64,000 nucleotides of DNA from Octopus vulgaris (lineage: Eukaryota), in the NCBI GenBank assembly GCA_951406725.2, contig OX597833.1:59644001-59708000 (forward strand), written 5' to 3'. Under the pieces are notes generated by a model, which saw only the letters and a program-made list of their open reading frames with translations, was not told where the DNA came from and ran no database searches. The position numbers were made by a program, and so were the translations under genes. Below are positions 12,531 through 25,560 of this stretch, piece by piece (position 1 is the stretch's first letter; every line of letters begins with the position of its first letter).

Positions 12531-13887
12531 CTGGAAAAAAAGAATTGAAAAGAAGGAATGGTTAGCATGTAATTTTGCATGTGTGTTGGGGGGTGGGGCT
12601 CTCATAGAAATATCAAACAATAACATTGAGATATTTATTGCTTATTGACTTTTCTATAGTCTTAAAAATTAGGTTTGGTGTTGATACAAAGGGAGACCGA
12701 TACACTAATATAATTAAGCTCAGTGTTAACAAGGGAACAATGGAGATTGATTCACCAATGTAATTAAGCTCAATATTGTTAATGAGGGACACTCTCTTTT
12801 ACTCTTTTTTTTCACTTGTTTCAGTCATTTGACTGTAGCCATGCTGGAGCACCGCCTTTAGTCAAACAAATCAACCCCAGGACTTATTCTTTGTAAGCCT
12901 AGTACTTATTCTATCAGTCTTTTTTGCTGAACTGCTAAGTTATGGGGATGTAAACACACCAACACTGGTTGTCAAGTGGTGATGGGAGAATAAACACAAA
13001 GACACACTCACATAGATATATACATAAATACATATCATCATCATCATCGTTTAACGTCTGGTTTCCATGCTAGCATGGGTTGGACGATTTGACTGAGGTC
13101 TGGCAAACCAGATGGCTGCACCAATCTGATCTAGCAAAGTCTCTACAGTTGGATGCCCTTCCTAACGCCAACCACTTTGAGAGTGTAATGGGTGCTTTTA
13201 CGTGCCACCGGCACAAGGGCCAGTCAGGCGGTACTGGCAATGGCCACACTCAAATGGTGCTTTTTAAGTGCCACCTGCACAGGAGCCAGGTGGCACATAA
13301 AAAGCACCATATATATATATATATACAATGGGTTTTTTTCGGTTTCCATCTACCAAATCCACTCACGAGGCTTTGGTTGGCCAGAGAATATGGTAATGAT
13401 CCATCACTGGCAGAGTAGGATTGCTGTCATCATTACAGCTTTACCGTAGAACTTGTAAGTCAACAGATGATGACAAGGTACTGCAATATTCAAATTCATG
13501 GCTGCTGCTGCTGCTACTACTGCTACTACTACTACTACTACTACAAACTAATTGAAAACCTAGTTGTCTGGGTTTTGAAGATCATCATTATCATCATCAT
13601 CGTTTAATGTCCGCTTTCCATGCTAGCATGGGTTGGACGATTTTGACTGAGGACTGGTGAACCAGACGGCTGCACCAGGCTCCAGTCTTGATCTGGCAGA
13701 GTTTCCACAGCTGGCTGCCCTTCCTAACGCCAACCACTCCGAGAATGTAGTGGGTGCTTTTACGTGCTGGCGGTACGTAAAAGAAGATATAAAATTAGAC
13801 AATAACAGACTTTGCAGTTTTCAAGGAATTTCACTGTCCTTGGAAACGGTGCTGCTGTTGATTGATACAGAAAAGACAAAGACTTAC

Positions 13888-14106
13888 CAGGTCATGATAA
13901 CTATGGCCACATTGCAGTTTATTTATTTTATCATTGTGTAAAGTGTCATGGCAAATCGAACACAATGGTATTTCACTTTTGCTACCAGAAGCTCTCAAAT
14001 CTGGTGGCACTTTTACTGTTTTCTTGGAAGTATTCAACGCAACAGTGTCAGGCGGTTTTCTGCTTCGGATATTTTTGGCAGCTACCATGCTATATGTGGA
14101 CGGTAT
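13888..14106 (-). CDS. TTC3/DZIP3-like E3 ligase, coding exon 4 (N-half of RING-H2: CSICHDTLHNDKINKLQCGHSYHDL)
   Basis: Polypyrimidine tract plus ttag acceptor, CTG|gtaagt donor, phase 0/0. Confidence 0.85.
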
Positions 14107-15016
14107 CTAACACAAGAGAGAGAAAGAGAATATTATAATTTATGTTAGAATGGACTTTCAAAAGTAAAAAAAAAAAAATCAAGGAAAAAATAGATGTCTT
14201 TCAAGAAAAATAAAAGTGCAAATTATTTATTCCTGGCTATTTTCATAATCCTCATTGTAATTAGTCGTTAGAGCATCAAATAGAATGCCTTGTAATATAC
14301 TTCATCATACTTCTATAGGAAAACATCATCATCGTTTAGCGTCCGCTTTCCATGCTGGCATGGGTTGGACGGTTCAACTGGGGTCTGGGAAGCCAGAAGG
14401 CTGCACCAGGCCCAGTTTGATCTGGCAATGTTTCTATGGCTGGATGCCCTTCCTAATGCCAACCAGTGTAGTGGGTGCTTTTTACGTGCCAGACGAGTCT
14501 GGCAAACAGCCACGAACGGATGGTGCTTTTTACGTGCCACCGGCACGGGGGCCAGGCGATATAATTTTAAATGAGATCAAAATATTGTCAATAGTTGGTT
14601 GATAAGTTTTAAGGGAAACAGAGACCCTGATCAAAAACCGTGAACAGCCAATGGATAACATTTACAGGACACACAAAAGCCCATGTTAAGAACCATGAAC
14701 AGATGGTGGTTGACATTTAAGGGAGACACAGAGGCCCTATGAACTGAATAGCTGGTGGGTGACTTTTAAGGGGCACACAGAAGCTCTTATTATGTAAATT
14801 AAACCTCTATGTGATAACATGATTGAAATAGCAGCCAGATCTCCATGAAATCACACTTTGCTATCTTAAAAAGTAACAGGGTGGGTACAGTTGGATCGAT
14901 GATAGGCTAGTGGAACAGGACTGACCAGGGTTAAACAACTGTTTTATTGATAGTAATTGCATCTGTGAAGTAAAGCTGTGTTTTAAAAGAAGGAAGAATG
15001 GAAATAAACTATTTAC

Positions 15017-15366
15017 CGAGGGATCACATCTGGAAGACCCTGGCTGACACTCAATCAGTGCTCTTTCATTTGATAAAGGTTTTTCTTTACATGTCTGAGA
15101 CTGATCGTTGCCATGGAGTTTTGTGGGTGAAGCTTCCTTGTTTTTCGCACGCTTCCGAGCCTTCTTTCGCGAATTGTTGCGATGATTCGAACTGCACTCT
15201 TCTGGTATCAAGGCATCGATGCAAATATCTTGTGTTGCACTCTCAGTAACCGAAACAGGAGTCTGTCTGGGACAGTTCTGAGTATTTTTTTGATTCTTGT
15301 CTGGGGTAAGGACATCTCCAAAAACATTGAAAACAATGTTCTGCAGTGAAAGGGACTCGTGTTTGG
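15017..15366 (-). CDS. TTC3/DZIP3-like E3 ligase, coding exon 3 (low-complexity linker with basic RKKARKRAKNK, NLS-like)
   Basis: Acceptor tatttcag, donor TCG|gtaaat. 350 nt, open in the frame required by both neighbours. Confidence 0.75.
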
Positions 15367-17085
15367 CTGAAATAATAACACGTGGTAAAAATCTTTTAAA
15401 TGTTATGAAAAGGAAAAGTTAGAGAGAGAGACATACTACTCAATTCATCATCATCATCATCATTATCATTTAGTGTCCGCTTTCCATGCTAGCATGGGTT
15501 GGATGGTTCAACTGGGGTCTGTGAAGCCAGAAGGCTGCATCAGGCCCAGTCTGATCTGGCAGTCTTTCTACGGCTGGATGCCCTTCCTAACGGAGCTGGC
15601 AAGCAGCCATGAACGGATGGTGCTTTTACATGCCACCGGCACGGGGGCCAGGCAAGGCTGGCAACGGCCACGAACGGATGGTGCTACGTGCCACCGGCAC
15701 AGGGGCCAGGCGAGGCTGGCAACGGACATGAACGGATGGTGCTTTTACGTGCCACCGGCACGGAGGCCAGTCGGGATGACGCTGGCAACGGCCACGATCA
15801 GATGGTTCGCTTAACCACAGCTGCAATTTCCATTGATGTTGATCGACTTCGATTTTGGTTCTGCTTTCTGATATCTGATTTGATTTGGTTTGATTTTGAT
15901 TGATTGCAGAATTTGCATAGGGTACTTATCTGTAAGTATCTGTAAAGAGTAAAGTACAAACACAAAGTACTTTACTCCTCAGGCTTCAGTTTTTCTAACC
16001 AAGATACAGCTACCATTTCTTATTTCCTTGTTGAATGGTTGTGGAATTAAGTTACAAATTGCCAGACTATACACTTGCTACTGGATTATGGAGCTTGTCT
16101 CAACGGAACAGTTTAATACTGGTTTCAAATTTGGTACAAGTGAGGGTGTAAGCTGACTATATTGACCCCACCAAAAGGATGCAAACAAAGTCAGCCCTGG
16201 TGGAATATGAACTCAGAATGTAAAGGCAGACAAAACGCTGCTAAGCATTTTGCCCAGTGTGCTAATGACTCTGCCAGCTTGCCTCCTTAAAATACTTTAA
16301 CCTGTTTGCTTTTAAACCGACCATATCAGACCCAAGTATTCTACCTGTTTTATCTCCAAACTGGACAGATTTGGCCTGTCACACCTATTCTAAACTGCCA
16401 TTCTAAAAATAATCAATCACATTACTGAAATCTCAAAGCTATGAGATAATGCTTGAGATTAAGTCAAGGCTTGAGATTAATTCAATCTTGATAATGCTTC
16501 AGATTAACTCAATCTCAAGGCTATGCGATTAAGTCAAGACTGTGTGAACGAATAAGCATTACATTTGAAAGAATAATCTTAATGCTAAAGGGTTAATGTT
16601 GGTTTCAAATTTTGGCACAAGGCCAGCAATTTTGGGAAAAGGGCTAGTTGATTACTTTGACCCCAGTGCTCATCATCATCATCATTTAATGTCCGTTTTA
16701 TATGCTGGCATGGGTTGGACAGCTTGACAGGAACTGATAAGGCCAGGGACCACACCAAGTTCCACAGTCTGTTTTGGCATGGTTTCTATGGCTGGATGCT
16801 CTCCCTGAAGCCTACTGCTAGTTATTTTATCAACCCTGAAGGGATGAAAGGCAAAATTGAACTTGGCAGAATTTGAACTCAGAACATAAAGATGAACAAA
16901 ATTCCACTAAGCATTTTGCCTGATATGCTAATGACTCTGCCAACTTGCCACCTGAAAATACTTCAATATTGACAAGGTGTGGTATGTGTGTGTGTGTGTA
17001 TGAGACAATGAGAGAGGTAAAAAAGAAAAAAGCTGGACAAAAAAAAATCAGAGAGAGAGAGAGAGAGATAAACATAAAGCTGTAC

Positions 17086-17351
17086 CTGTTTGGATGTGGT
17101 GTGATGTATCAGAATCTGTCTGCGAGTGTTGTTCAGTGATTTGGCTGCTGTCTTCTGAAATGTCTTTCTTCAGGAAAAGAATGTCAGGTTTAATAACAGA
17201 GACATTATTGGACTGTAGTAGAAAGTTGGACAGACCTCCAGAAAATTGTATAATATTCTGTTGGTCAGGAGTAATTGACGTCCACACCTGCTGAAATTCA
17301 CTGCTGCTCACTGATAATGGACCGTACTCGTGTAATATGCTGCAGAACAAT
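17086..17351 (-). CDS. TTC3/DZIP3-like E3 ligase, coding exon 2 (winged-helix-like segment LFCSILHEYGPLSVSSSEFQQVWTSITPDQQNIIQFSGGLSNFLLQS...)
   Basis: Resembles the 'L.EHGPL...GGL..FLL' motif recalled from TTC3/DZIP3. Acceptor cccatag (an alternative in-phase AG would start the exon at 17339). Donor G|gtacag, phase 1. Confidence 0.8.
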
Positions 17352-19513
17352 CTATGGGAAAGGAAAATAAAATAGATGGTAAGCTGCAGGGATAAGAGAA
17401 CTGACATCAGTTTTATATCTACCTTCTCCATGTTACTCTCAGTTGAATGAGACATTTTGAAGCCGAGTTTTAAGGAGTGATACTATTCCTGATGCCAAAC
17501 ATTTTACTGACTTCTTATGACATACAGAGATATGGTGTTCCTATTCTACAAATCAAAGACATTTAATAGGTATCAGTTAACAGTCTGATGCGATTTTCAC
17601 TAATCTGTAAGGAGTCACTGACTAAAGTATGTAGAAGCTAATATACTTGCAAGTGTGTGGCTTCTGTGCCGGTGGCACGTAAAAAGCACCAACCGATCGT
17701 GGCCGCTGCCAGCCTCCCCTGGCAACTGTGCCGGTGGCACGTAAAAAGCACCCACTACACTCATGGAGTGGTTGGCGTTAGGAAGGGCATCCAGCTGTAG
17801 AAACACTTCCAGATCAGACTGGAGCCTGGTGTAGCCCCATGGCTTCCCAGACCTCGGTCGAACCATCCAACCCGTGCTAGCATGGAAAATGGACGTTAAA
17901 CGATGATGATGATGATGATGTGTGTATGTATGTGTGTGTGTGTGAGAGAGAGTATATATACTCTTCAACTGATTTCAGTCATTGATCTGGGAATCTCTAG
18001 CAATTTTGGGTCTCCTGCAGTTCTACATTTGTCTGATGTCATCTCCCTGACAATCTTGGGTTTCCCACTGCCCCAAACCTGTTGTCTGTCATCTCCCAAA
18101 CAACCTTGAACTCTCACTGCACCACAACTGTCTTCTGTCATCTCCCTAACAGTCTTGGTCTTTCACTGCCCCACAACTGTCTTCTGTTGTCTGCTATGAT
18201 ACAAGACATACATACAGACATGGACTCACACATGCAGATTCCACCAAATTCCACTTACAAAACCCAAGGCTATTGCAGAAGACACTTGCCAAAAGACCAA
18301 TCAGTGGCACTGAATCCAAAACTTCCAAATGATGAAATAGACTTTTAAACCACTCAGCCATGGTTGCACTCATAAACACACAATGCCCGGTCTGGGAATC
18401 AAAACCGCAATCCTCCAACCGCGAGTCCACTGCCCTAACCACTGGGCCATTGCGCCTCCAATAGAATAAGTACTAGCCTTTAAAATAAATTAAGTACTAG
18501 GGTTGACTTATTAGACTAAAAGTTCTTCAAACTAGTACTCCAGCATGGCCGCAATCAAATGACTGAAACATGTGAAAGATAAAAGATTCAAAAATAAAGA
18601 AGACAATAGTTGATGGTACCTACAGCATTGCCCCTTGGGGGGGGGGGGGGGCAAATGTTTTCCACCAAAGATCCAGACTGACTAAAGCTTTGCAAGTGGA
18701 TTTCATAGGCAAAAACTGAAAGAAGTCCATCATGTGTGTGCGTGTATGTGAACGTACGTGGCTTAGTGGTTATGGATATTTGGCTCACAGTCGTGAGTTC
18801 AATTACCGTTGGCACAGTGTGTCCTTGAGCAAGATATTTTATTTCATGTTGCTCCAGTCCACTCAGCTGGCGAAAATGAGTAGTAGCCGTATTTAAAAGG
18901 ACCGGCCTTGTCACATTCTGTGTCGCACTGAATCTCCCTGAGATCTACTTTAAGGGTACACATGTCTGTGGAGTGTTTAGCCCCTTGCATGTTAAATTCG
19001 TGAGTAGGCTGTTCCCGTTGATTGGGCACAACCGGAACCCTTGTCGTCGTAACCAACAGGGTGCCAGTGTGTCTGTGACTTTGTCTTGAGATTGCATGAT
19101 AGCTGTACATGAAAGGAAACCTTCATTTCGAAACTTCCTTGAAAACGTGTAGTTGGAAACAGGCGAGGGTTTGTGAGAGGAAGGGCATCCAGCTGTATAA
19201 AAACCACATCAAGAAATTCATTCTCACCAATGCAAGCATGGATAAGTGGATAAAAAGCACCATCCGTTCGTGGCCGTTTGCCAGCTCCGTCTGGCACCTG
19301 TGCGGGTGGCACGTAAAAATCACCCACTACACTCACGGAGTGGTTGGCGTTAGGAAGGGCATCCAGCCGTAGAAACACTGCCAGATCTGACTGGGCCTGG
19401 TGCAGCCTTCCGGCTTCACAGACCCCAGTTGAACCGTCCAACCCATGCTAGCATGGAAAACGGACGCTAAATGATGATGATGATGATGATGATGATACAA
19501 GAAAAATGCTCAC

Positions 19514-19581
19514 AGAAGTAAATTCTCTTTAATCTGTTTGGAACGTAGATCTAGTGATTGACGTTGCTGACGACCTTCCAT
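19514..19581 (-). CDS. TTC3/DZIP3-like RING-H2 E3 ligase, coding exon 1 (MEGRQQRQSLDLRSKQIKENLL)
   Basis: ATG at 19581 directly preceded by an in-frame TAA. The exon has acceptor ttgtag (exon starts 19644) and donor CT|gtgag. Phase 2 matches the next exon. Confidence 0.7.
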
Positions 19582-20351
19582 TTAACACAGCAGGATATTG
19601 TCACCAGATATAATCAGGTGACCAGATATAATCTTCAGATGACTCTACAACAAAAAATAGATAAAATCTTATCTAAATTTCAAAAATGAAGCAGAGATGA
19701 CAGTGGACAGGGGCAGTGGGAGACTCAAGATTGGTAGATGATAGAATGCAATATTAGGGCAGTGTGTGATCCAAGATTGTTAGGGTGACAGGACAGTAGT
19801 GGGACAGTGGAAGACACGGGGATATGACAGTGGGGCAGTGAGATTCAAGTCTGTTAGATGACAGTGGACAGTTATGGGACAGTAGGAGACCCAAGGCCGT
19901 TAGGGATATGACAGTGAACAGTTGTGAGGCAGCGAGAAACCAAAGATTGTTAGGGAGATGACAGAAAACAGTCGTAGGACAGTGGGAGACTCAATATTGC
20001 TAAGGAGACGATAAAAGACGATCGACAGTTGTGGGACAAAGAAAGAGCCAAGATTGTTAGGGAGACAGATCAAGCTTGAGAAAGGATCCACAATAGCGAT
20101 AAAGATATTGTGGTTAACCGATATTGTTGTCAACCACATCCAATTTTGTATCCAGTTATCTCCAGAATATATAACAAACGAGTCCTCCTCTAAAAGTTGC
20201 TCAACTTTTTAGAAATAACAGTGAAATCTCCTTCACATCCTACCTTACCCTCTTAGAAAAGAGATGGAGTGCCTTAAACCATAGGTTTGATCAATCACAT
20301 CTAAACTGGAGTAAACAACAACAAACTAATGAAGAAGAGATTCAACTCTGG

Positions 20352-20714
20352 GGCGATCTTCCGTCTCTAGTAGACCTTTCCGTCGATTTCCGTAAAAATT
20401 TTTTTTTTTTTTACATATGGGCTTGCGGGAACTTTTGAAGTAATGAGAGCGAAATAGACTAAGAGAAAGCGATTGTATGACGAGGGAAGTTCTTTTGAAG
20501 TTACCGTGCACACCCCATCAAACACACACACACATGTACATCAATGTTTCCCATGCACGGTAACTTCAAAAGAACTTCCCTCGTCATACAATCGCTTTCT
20601 CTTAGTCTATTTCGCTCTCATTACTTCAAAAGTTCCCGCAAGCCCATATGTGAAAAAAAAAAAAAAATTTTTACGGAAATCGACGGAAAGGTCTACTAGA
20701 GACGAAAGATCGCC
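20352..20714. mobile_element. Foldback MITE: ~160-bp inverted arms, 43-bp spacer, 8-bp TSD
   Basis: Arms 20352-20510 and 20554-20714 are nearly perfectly complementary. AACTCTGG is duplicated at 20344-20351 and 20715-20722. Termini are GG...CC. Confidence 0.92.
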
Positions 20715-21256
20715 AACTCTGGCTCTGGCCAAAACACAAGAAGTCTACTGGTCCCAATGTGCTCCGCTGATAAAAGATCCCACTTCCTACCTCACAGTTA
20801 ACATCCAAATATCCCAGTCAAGTCAAAGTACAACCCTAACTTCTGGCACGAGTTCAGAAAACTCCTCGCTCTCAAACAATACTCATCTAATTTTAAAATG
20901 TTTGCGTTTTATTGGCTGTGGTGTTCTGATTTTACTTCTGGCTGTTTTGCTGTTTTTCTTTGTGCTTCGGAGTAAGTCTCGGTTAAAGAATAAAATAAAT
21001 TGATTGTGGAGGGAGTAATTAAGGGTAACTTGTGTTGGCGATGACTAGAGAGTAATTAATGGATTACTATTCCGTTGGTGGTAGCTGTATCGGGACTAAC
21101 TAATAGAGTACATGTGCTGATGTTTTGTTGGTAAGGTGTTTGTACTGACTTTCAACAAGTTTAATATCCGGTTATAACTTCTAAGGCGATGTTTCGTTTG
21201 TCGTAACCGAAACTTCGCCACTTTTAATTTAGTTGTGATCGAATGTTGCCGTAACG

Positions 21257-22040
21257 TTGTGAGTTCAAATTCCGCCGAGGTCGACTTTGCCTTTCATCCC
21301 TTCGGGGTCGATAAATTAAGTACCAGTTACGCACTGGGGTCGATGTAATCGACTGAATACCTATGTCTGTCCTTGTTTGTCCCCTCAATGTTTAGCCCCT
21401 TGTGGGTAGTAAAGAAATAGGTATTTCGTCTGCCGCTACGTTGTGAGTTCAAATTCCGCCGAGGTCGACTTTGCCTTTCATCCCTTCGGGGTCGATAAAT
21501 TAAGTACCAGTTACGCACTGGGGTCGATCTAATCGACTTAATACCTATGTCTGTCCTTGTTTGTCCCCCTCTATGTTTAGCCCCTTGTGGCTAGTAAAGA
21601 AATAGTAAATTAAGTACCAGTTACGCACTGGGGTCGATGTAATCGACTGAATACCTATGTCTGTCCTTGTTTGTCCCCTCTATGTTTAGCCCCTTGTGGG
21701 TAGTAAAGAAATAGTAAATTACGTACCAGTTACGCACTGGGGTCGATGTAATCGACTGAATACCTATGTCTGTCCTTGTTTGTCCCCTTCTATGTTTAAG
21801 CCCCTTGTGGGTAGTAAAGAAATAGTAAATTACGTACCAGTTACGCACTGGGGTCGATGTAATCGACTGAATACCTATGTCTGTCCTTGTTTGTCCCCTC
21901 TGTGTTTAGCCCCTGGTGGGTAGTAAAGAAATAGTAAATTAAGTACCAGTTACGCACTGGGGTCGATGTAATCGACTGAATACCTATGTCTGTCCTTGTT
22001 TGTCCCCTTCTGTGTTTAACCCCTGGTGGGTAGTAAAGAG
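21257..22040 (+). repeat. Tandem array made of SINE-C 3' halves (~110-bp unit, 6 copies)
   Basis: ttacgcactggggtcgat recurs at ~21327, 21511, 21621, 21730, 21841 and 21950. Confidence 0.9.
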
Positions 22041-22467
22041 ATAGATATTTAAAAGTAGATTTGGTTACTTGTTGAAACAAACAACTTTAAAGGAGTGATC
22101 GTAGAGATATTTGAGGAGTGCCCGTTGAGATCTTACAAGGGAAAAGGAAAAACGAACTTTTTTTAAGGCGGGGGTTTAAAGGAAAGGTGTTTATATAAGA
22201 GGGTGACATAATCAGGGCTACTTACATAAGAAGGAGTTTAAAGAGATGTCCCAGAAAGTTTGGTAATTTGGTAAACAAATGTCACGGAGGTTAAAGCGGA
22301 TCGAAACAAACTATATAGACCTTGTAGAATGGCAGAAGGGGTTTCTTACCCCGTAAAAGAACCACTTTTCCATGTTGAGTAGTCTGTTTTGGAAGAGAGA
22401 AACAGGAAATAGGAAAAAATCGTTGCAAGGTTCTATCAGGGCCATTCTTGAGTCTTTCCCTGCTTAC

Positions 22468-22515
22468 GTGGAACACGGAAACTGCCGAATGATTACGACG
22501 TTTCCGTAATTAACG
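22468..22515 (-). other. Putative non-coding first exon/promoter of the RING gene
   Basis: CpG-containing patch ending in a consensus donor CAC|gtaagc on the minus strand, next to an AT-rich upstream region. Not verifiable without transcripts. Confidence 0.35.
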
Positions 22516-24107
22516 AATAAATAACCGATTATTAGTAATTAAATAAAATTTAGGCTGTTATTATTATTAATAATTAAATGTATAAATAAATAAAAATGAA
22601 ATAAATTAATAAGTTAACAAAAACAATTAAAACAAACGTGAAATGTAACATATGAAGTATTATGTTACTCGTAGCAAAGTTTCGTAAATTTTGATATAAT
22701 TCCTGCAACGCATATTTGATACAATTCTGTTTCGTTAAAAACAAACAAAAATTCTTTATTGTATCTAGCTGAAATATAAGTCCAAATGAACTCGAATAAA
22801 GATATGTCTGTGAGAAAAAAGCAATAACTGTCCAACTATATGTCGTCTGCCTAGTTTTCTGGTTTTCCCACTTAAAATTTTTATTCGTTTAAGAAAATAT
22901 TCTCAATAAATTTTGCGGCATTATATAATTTTTTTAATGTTTAAAGTGAGTAAAAAAAGTTACCACAATATTAAAATATATTGCAATAGTTTATGAATAA
23001 CGTTAGCATGTGTTATTGTTTATAGACCAAACCCTTATCTTTGTCTTTATGACGAAGAAAGGAAATTGATAAATGTTGAAAGAGTAATCTAGGATTGAAT
23101 GTAGGATACAGGATTGTCGGGAAAATGTTTTGCGGTATTTATTACGACTCTTTACGTTTTGAGTTCAAATCCTGCCGAGATAAACTTTTGGTAAATTTTG
23201 ATACTTTCACCCCTACGGTTTTCGGTAAATTTTTACTAGTACACCCCAATGCTTTTCATAAAAAAAAAAAAAGGAGGAAAAAACCCTCGGATTTTTCGCG
23301 TGGAATCAACGGTAAATTTTTACCACCTCACCCCTATGATTTTCACAAAAAAAAATAGAAAAGGAACAGGTTTCTCGCGTGGAATCTACTCACCTGACCT
23401 CATTCTTTCCCACAAACCCCTTATTTTGGTTGTTCGGAAGGGGGGTGCGGGGGAACACTCCCTGCCCCGGATGTTTTGGAATTTTTTTTTCTTTTTCGTT
23501 AAATGAATTGCGGTGAGATCCTAATATGCTGCAAATCCTTTTTCTTTTGTCTGGAAAGCGAGGGTGGTGTGGGGCGAAACCCTCTGAAATTTCACCATCT
23601 CCCCAATTTCACAGGGAAATTCCACTCCACCCCACCACCCAATTTCACAGGGAAAATTTACTGGCAAATTTTTACACGAGGATCAATACTTGTGGGCAAG
23701 GAAACCTTTCCAGTAGCACTCGTCCTTTTAGAAATAACAGCCAAATCTCCCTAGCCACATTGCACCGGGAAAGACTTCCTTTTGTACCCCACTCCCACCT
23801 TTTTTTTTTACAGAAACCCCCGTTTTCAGATACGGAGATTCCGAATCAGAAAAAAAAATTGGCAAAAATCGATTCCGGTGGCACGTAAAAAGCACCCACT
23901 ACATTCTCGGAGTGGTTGTCGTTAGGAAGGGCATCCAGCTATAGAAACCTTGCCAGAACAGATTGGAGCTTGGTGCAGCCTCCTGATTTGACAGTCCTCA
24001 GTCAAACTATCCAACTCATGGAAAGCAGAAGTTAAACGATGATGATGATGATATAGTTAAGATTAAATGTGAAATTTCAAGAAAAAAAAATAAAAAGCTA
24101 CCGTAGC

Positions 24108-24180
24108 AGCCCCCAGTGAGGATCGAACTCACGACCCCTGGTTTACAAGACCAGTGCTCTAACCACTGAGCTATGGAGGC
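24108..24180 (-). tRNA. tRNA-Thr (anticodon UGU)
   Basis: Reverse complement reads GCCTCCATAGCTCAGTGGTTAGAGCACTGGTCTTGTAAACCAGGGGTCGTGAGTTCGATCCTCACTGGGGGCT, a full 73-nt cloverleaf with intact A/B boxes. An oligo-T Pol III terminator follows ~12 nt downstream. Confidence 0.95.
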
Positions 24181-24379
24181 AACTGTGCCGCCAGAGCCGA
24201 AATATTACTAAATAATTATATATAATTAAATCGTGGAACTACGAATTGCGTATTTATTATTTACGTTGGAATAATATGAATTTATAATGCAATTTTAAGA
24301 AGTTATTAATTTTTTCCCATAGAAAAGTATAAACCTGTAATTATATCTTTCGTCAATATTGTTAGTAGATATAAAGACA

Positions 24380-24658
24380 AACACGTTCCGTGACGGTAGT
24401 CAAGGGAGGTAATCGTGCAACTACTTTCATAAAGGAATTATATGTTGCCATCATCGTCGTCGAAGAAGAAAGAAGCTGTTCTCCTTCGTTTAAACTTATC
24501 TAACGCATATTTCCCATCTTTCTTTTTAATTTATCTTCCCGTATTTCAAATCAACAGTAGACGAACAGAAATAAAGCTTCCGTGTACGACGGCTGCTAGA
24601 GCAGTGTAAAGCTAAAAGCTGCAACAGAGCCTCGTTATGGCAGGAAGAAGCAGATGAG
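24380..24658 (+). promoter_or_regulatory. Putative promoter/first non-coding exon for GTF2H5 (and possibly ZNF511)
   Basis: Repeat-free, CpG-richer patch with a candidate donor GAG|gtgatg at 24658/59 and a matching acceptor ccttcacag at 27180. Contains a 6-codon uORF (MAGRSR*, 24637-24657). Confidence 0.35.
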
Positions 24659-24894
24659 GTGATGGACATTATTGTATTTTCTTTCTCTTTTTCTCCCTTG
24701 TTTATTTAAACAGAACAAAATTTTTACAAGTCATTCTTCGCTTCTCTCCATGCTGTTTATCTTTCTTCGTCGTTGTTCTTAATCTCAGTGGCCCCGCATT
24801 CCCATAAATGCTACGATCTTGCGATTTTGCTGTGTCTCACACCAAAACATTGTTTCTTTCATCTTTCATCATCGTTTCTCCATCGTCCAATGTG

Positions 24895-25560
24895 TGTGTC
24901 TCTCCATAGTCCAGTGTGTCTCTCTAAAGACCTATGTCTTTCCTTAAACTAGTGTATTTCACCAGAGACAAATGTAATCTCAACAGAGCAGCATATCTCC
25001 TTAAACTATCGTCTCTCCCTATAGACATGCCCTATGTTTTCCCAAAGACTAGTATGTCTTCATAGACGAATCTCAACCACAGACATCCATGTGTCGTTCA
25101 AAAGACCAAAATATGTCTCTCTCCATAGTCCAGTGTGTCTCTCTATAGACCTATGTCTTTCCTTAAACTAGTGTATTTCACCAGAGACAAATGTAATCTC
25201 AACAGAGCAGCATATCTCCTTAAACTATTGCATCTCCCTATAGACATGCCCATGTTTTCCCAAAGACCTAGTATGTCTTCATAGACGAATCTCAACCACA
25301 GACATCCATGTGTCGTTCAAAAGACCAAAATATGTCTCTCTCCATAGTCCAGTGTGTCTCTCTATAGACCTATGTCTTTCCTTAAACTAGTGTATTTCAC
25401 CAGAGACAAATGTAATCTCAACAGAGCAGCATATCTCCTTAAACTATTGCATCTCCCTATAGACATGCCCATGTTTTCCCAAAGACTAGTATGTCTTCAT
25501 AGACGAATCTCAACCACAGACATCCATGTGTCGTTCAAAAGACCAAAATATGTCTCTCTC
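24895..25560. repeat. 219-bp tandem repeat, 3 copies
   Basis: ctccatagtccagtgtgtctctct at 24902, 25121 and 25340. Confidence 0.92.

Noticed and set aside
20473-21003. 176-aa ORF with a hydrophobic C-terminus
   Set aside because: The first half lies in the foldback MITE, the start is non-ATG, and no family is recognised.
23100-23880. Overlapping ORFs and short repeats
   Set aside because: Homopolymer-rich degenerate repeat sequence, possibly lower consensus quality, with no coding signal.
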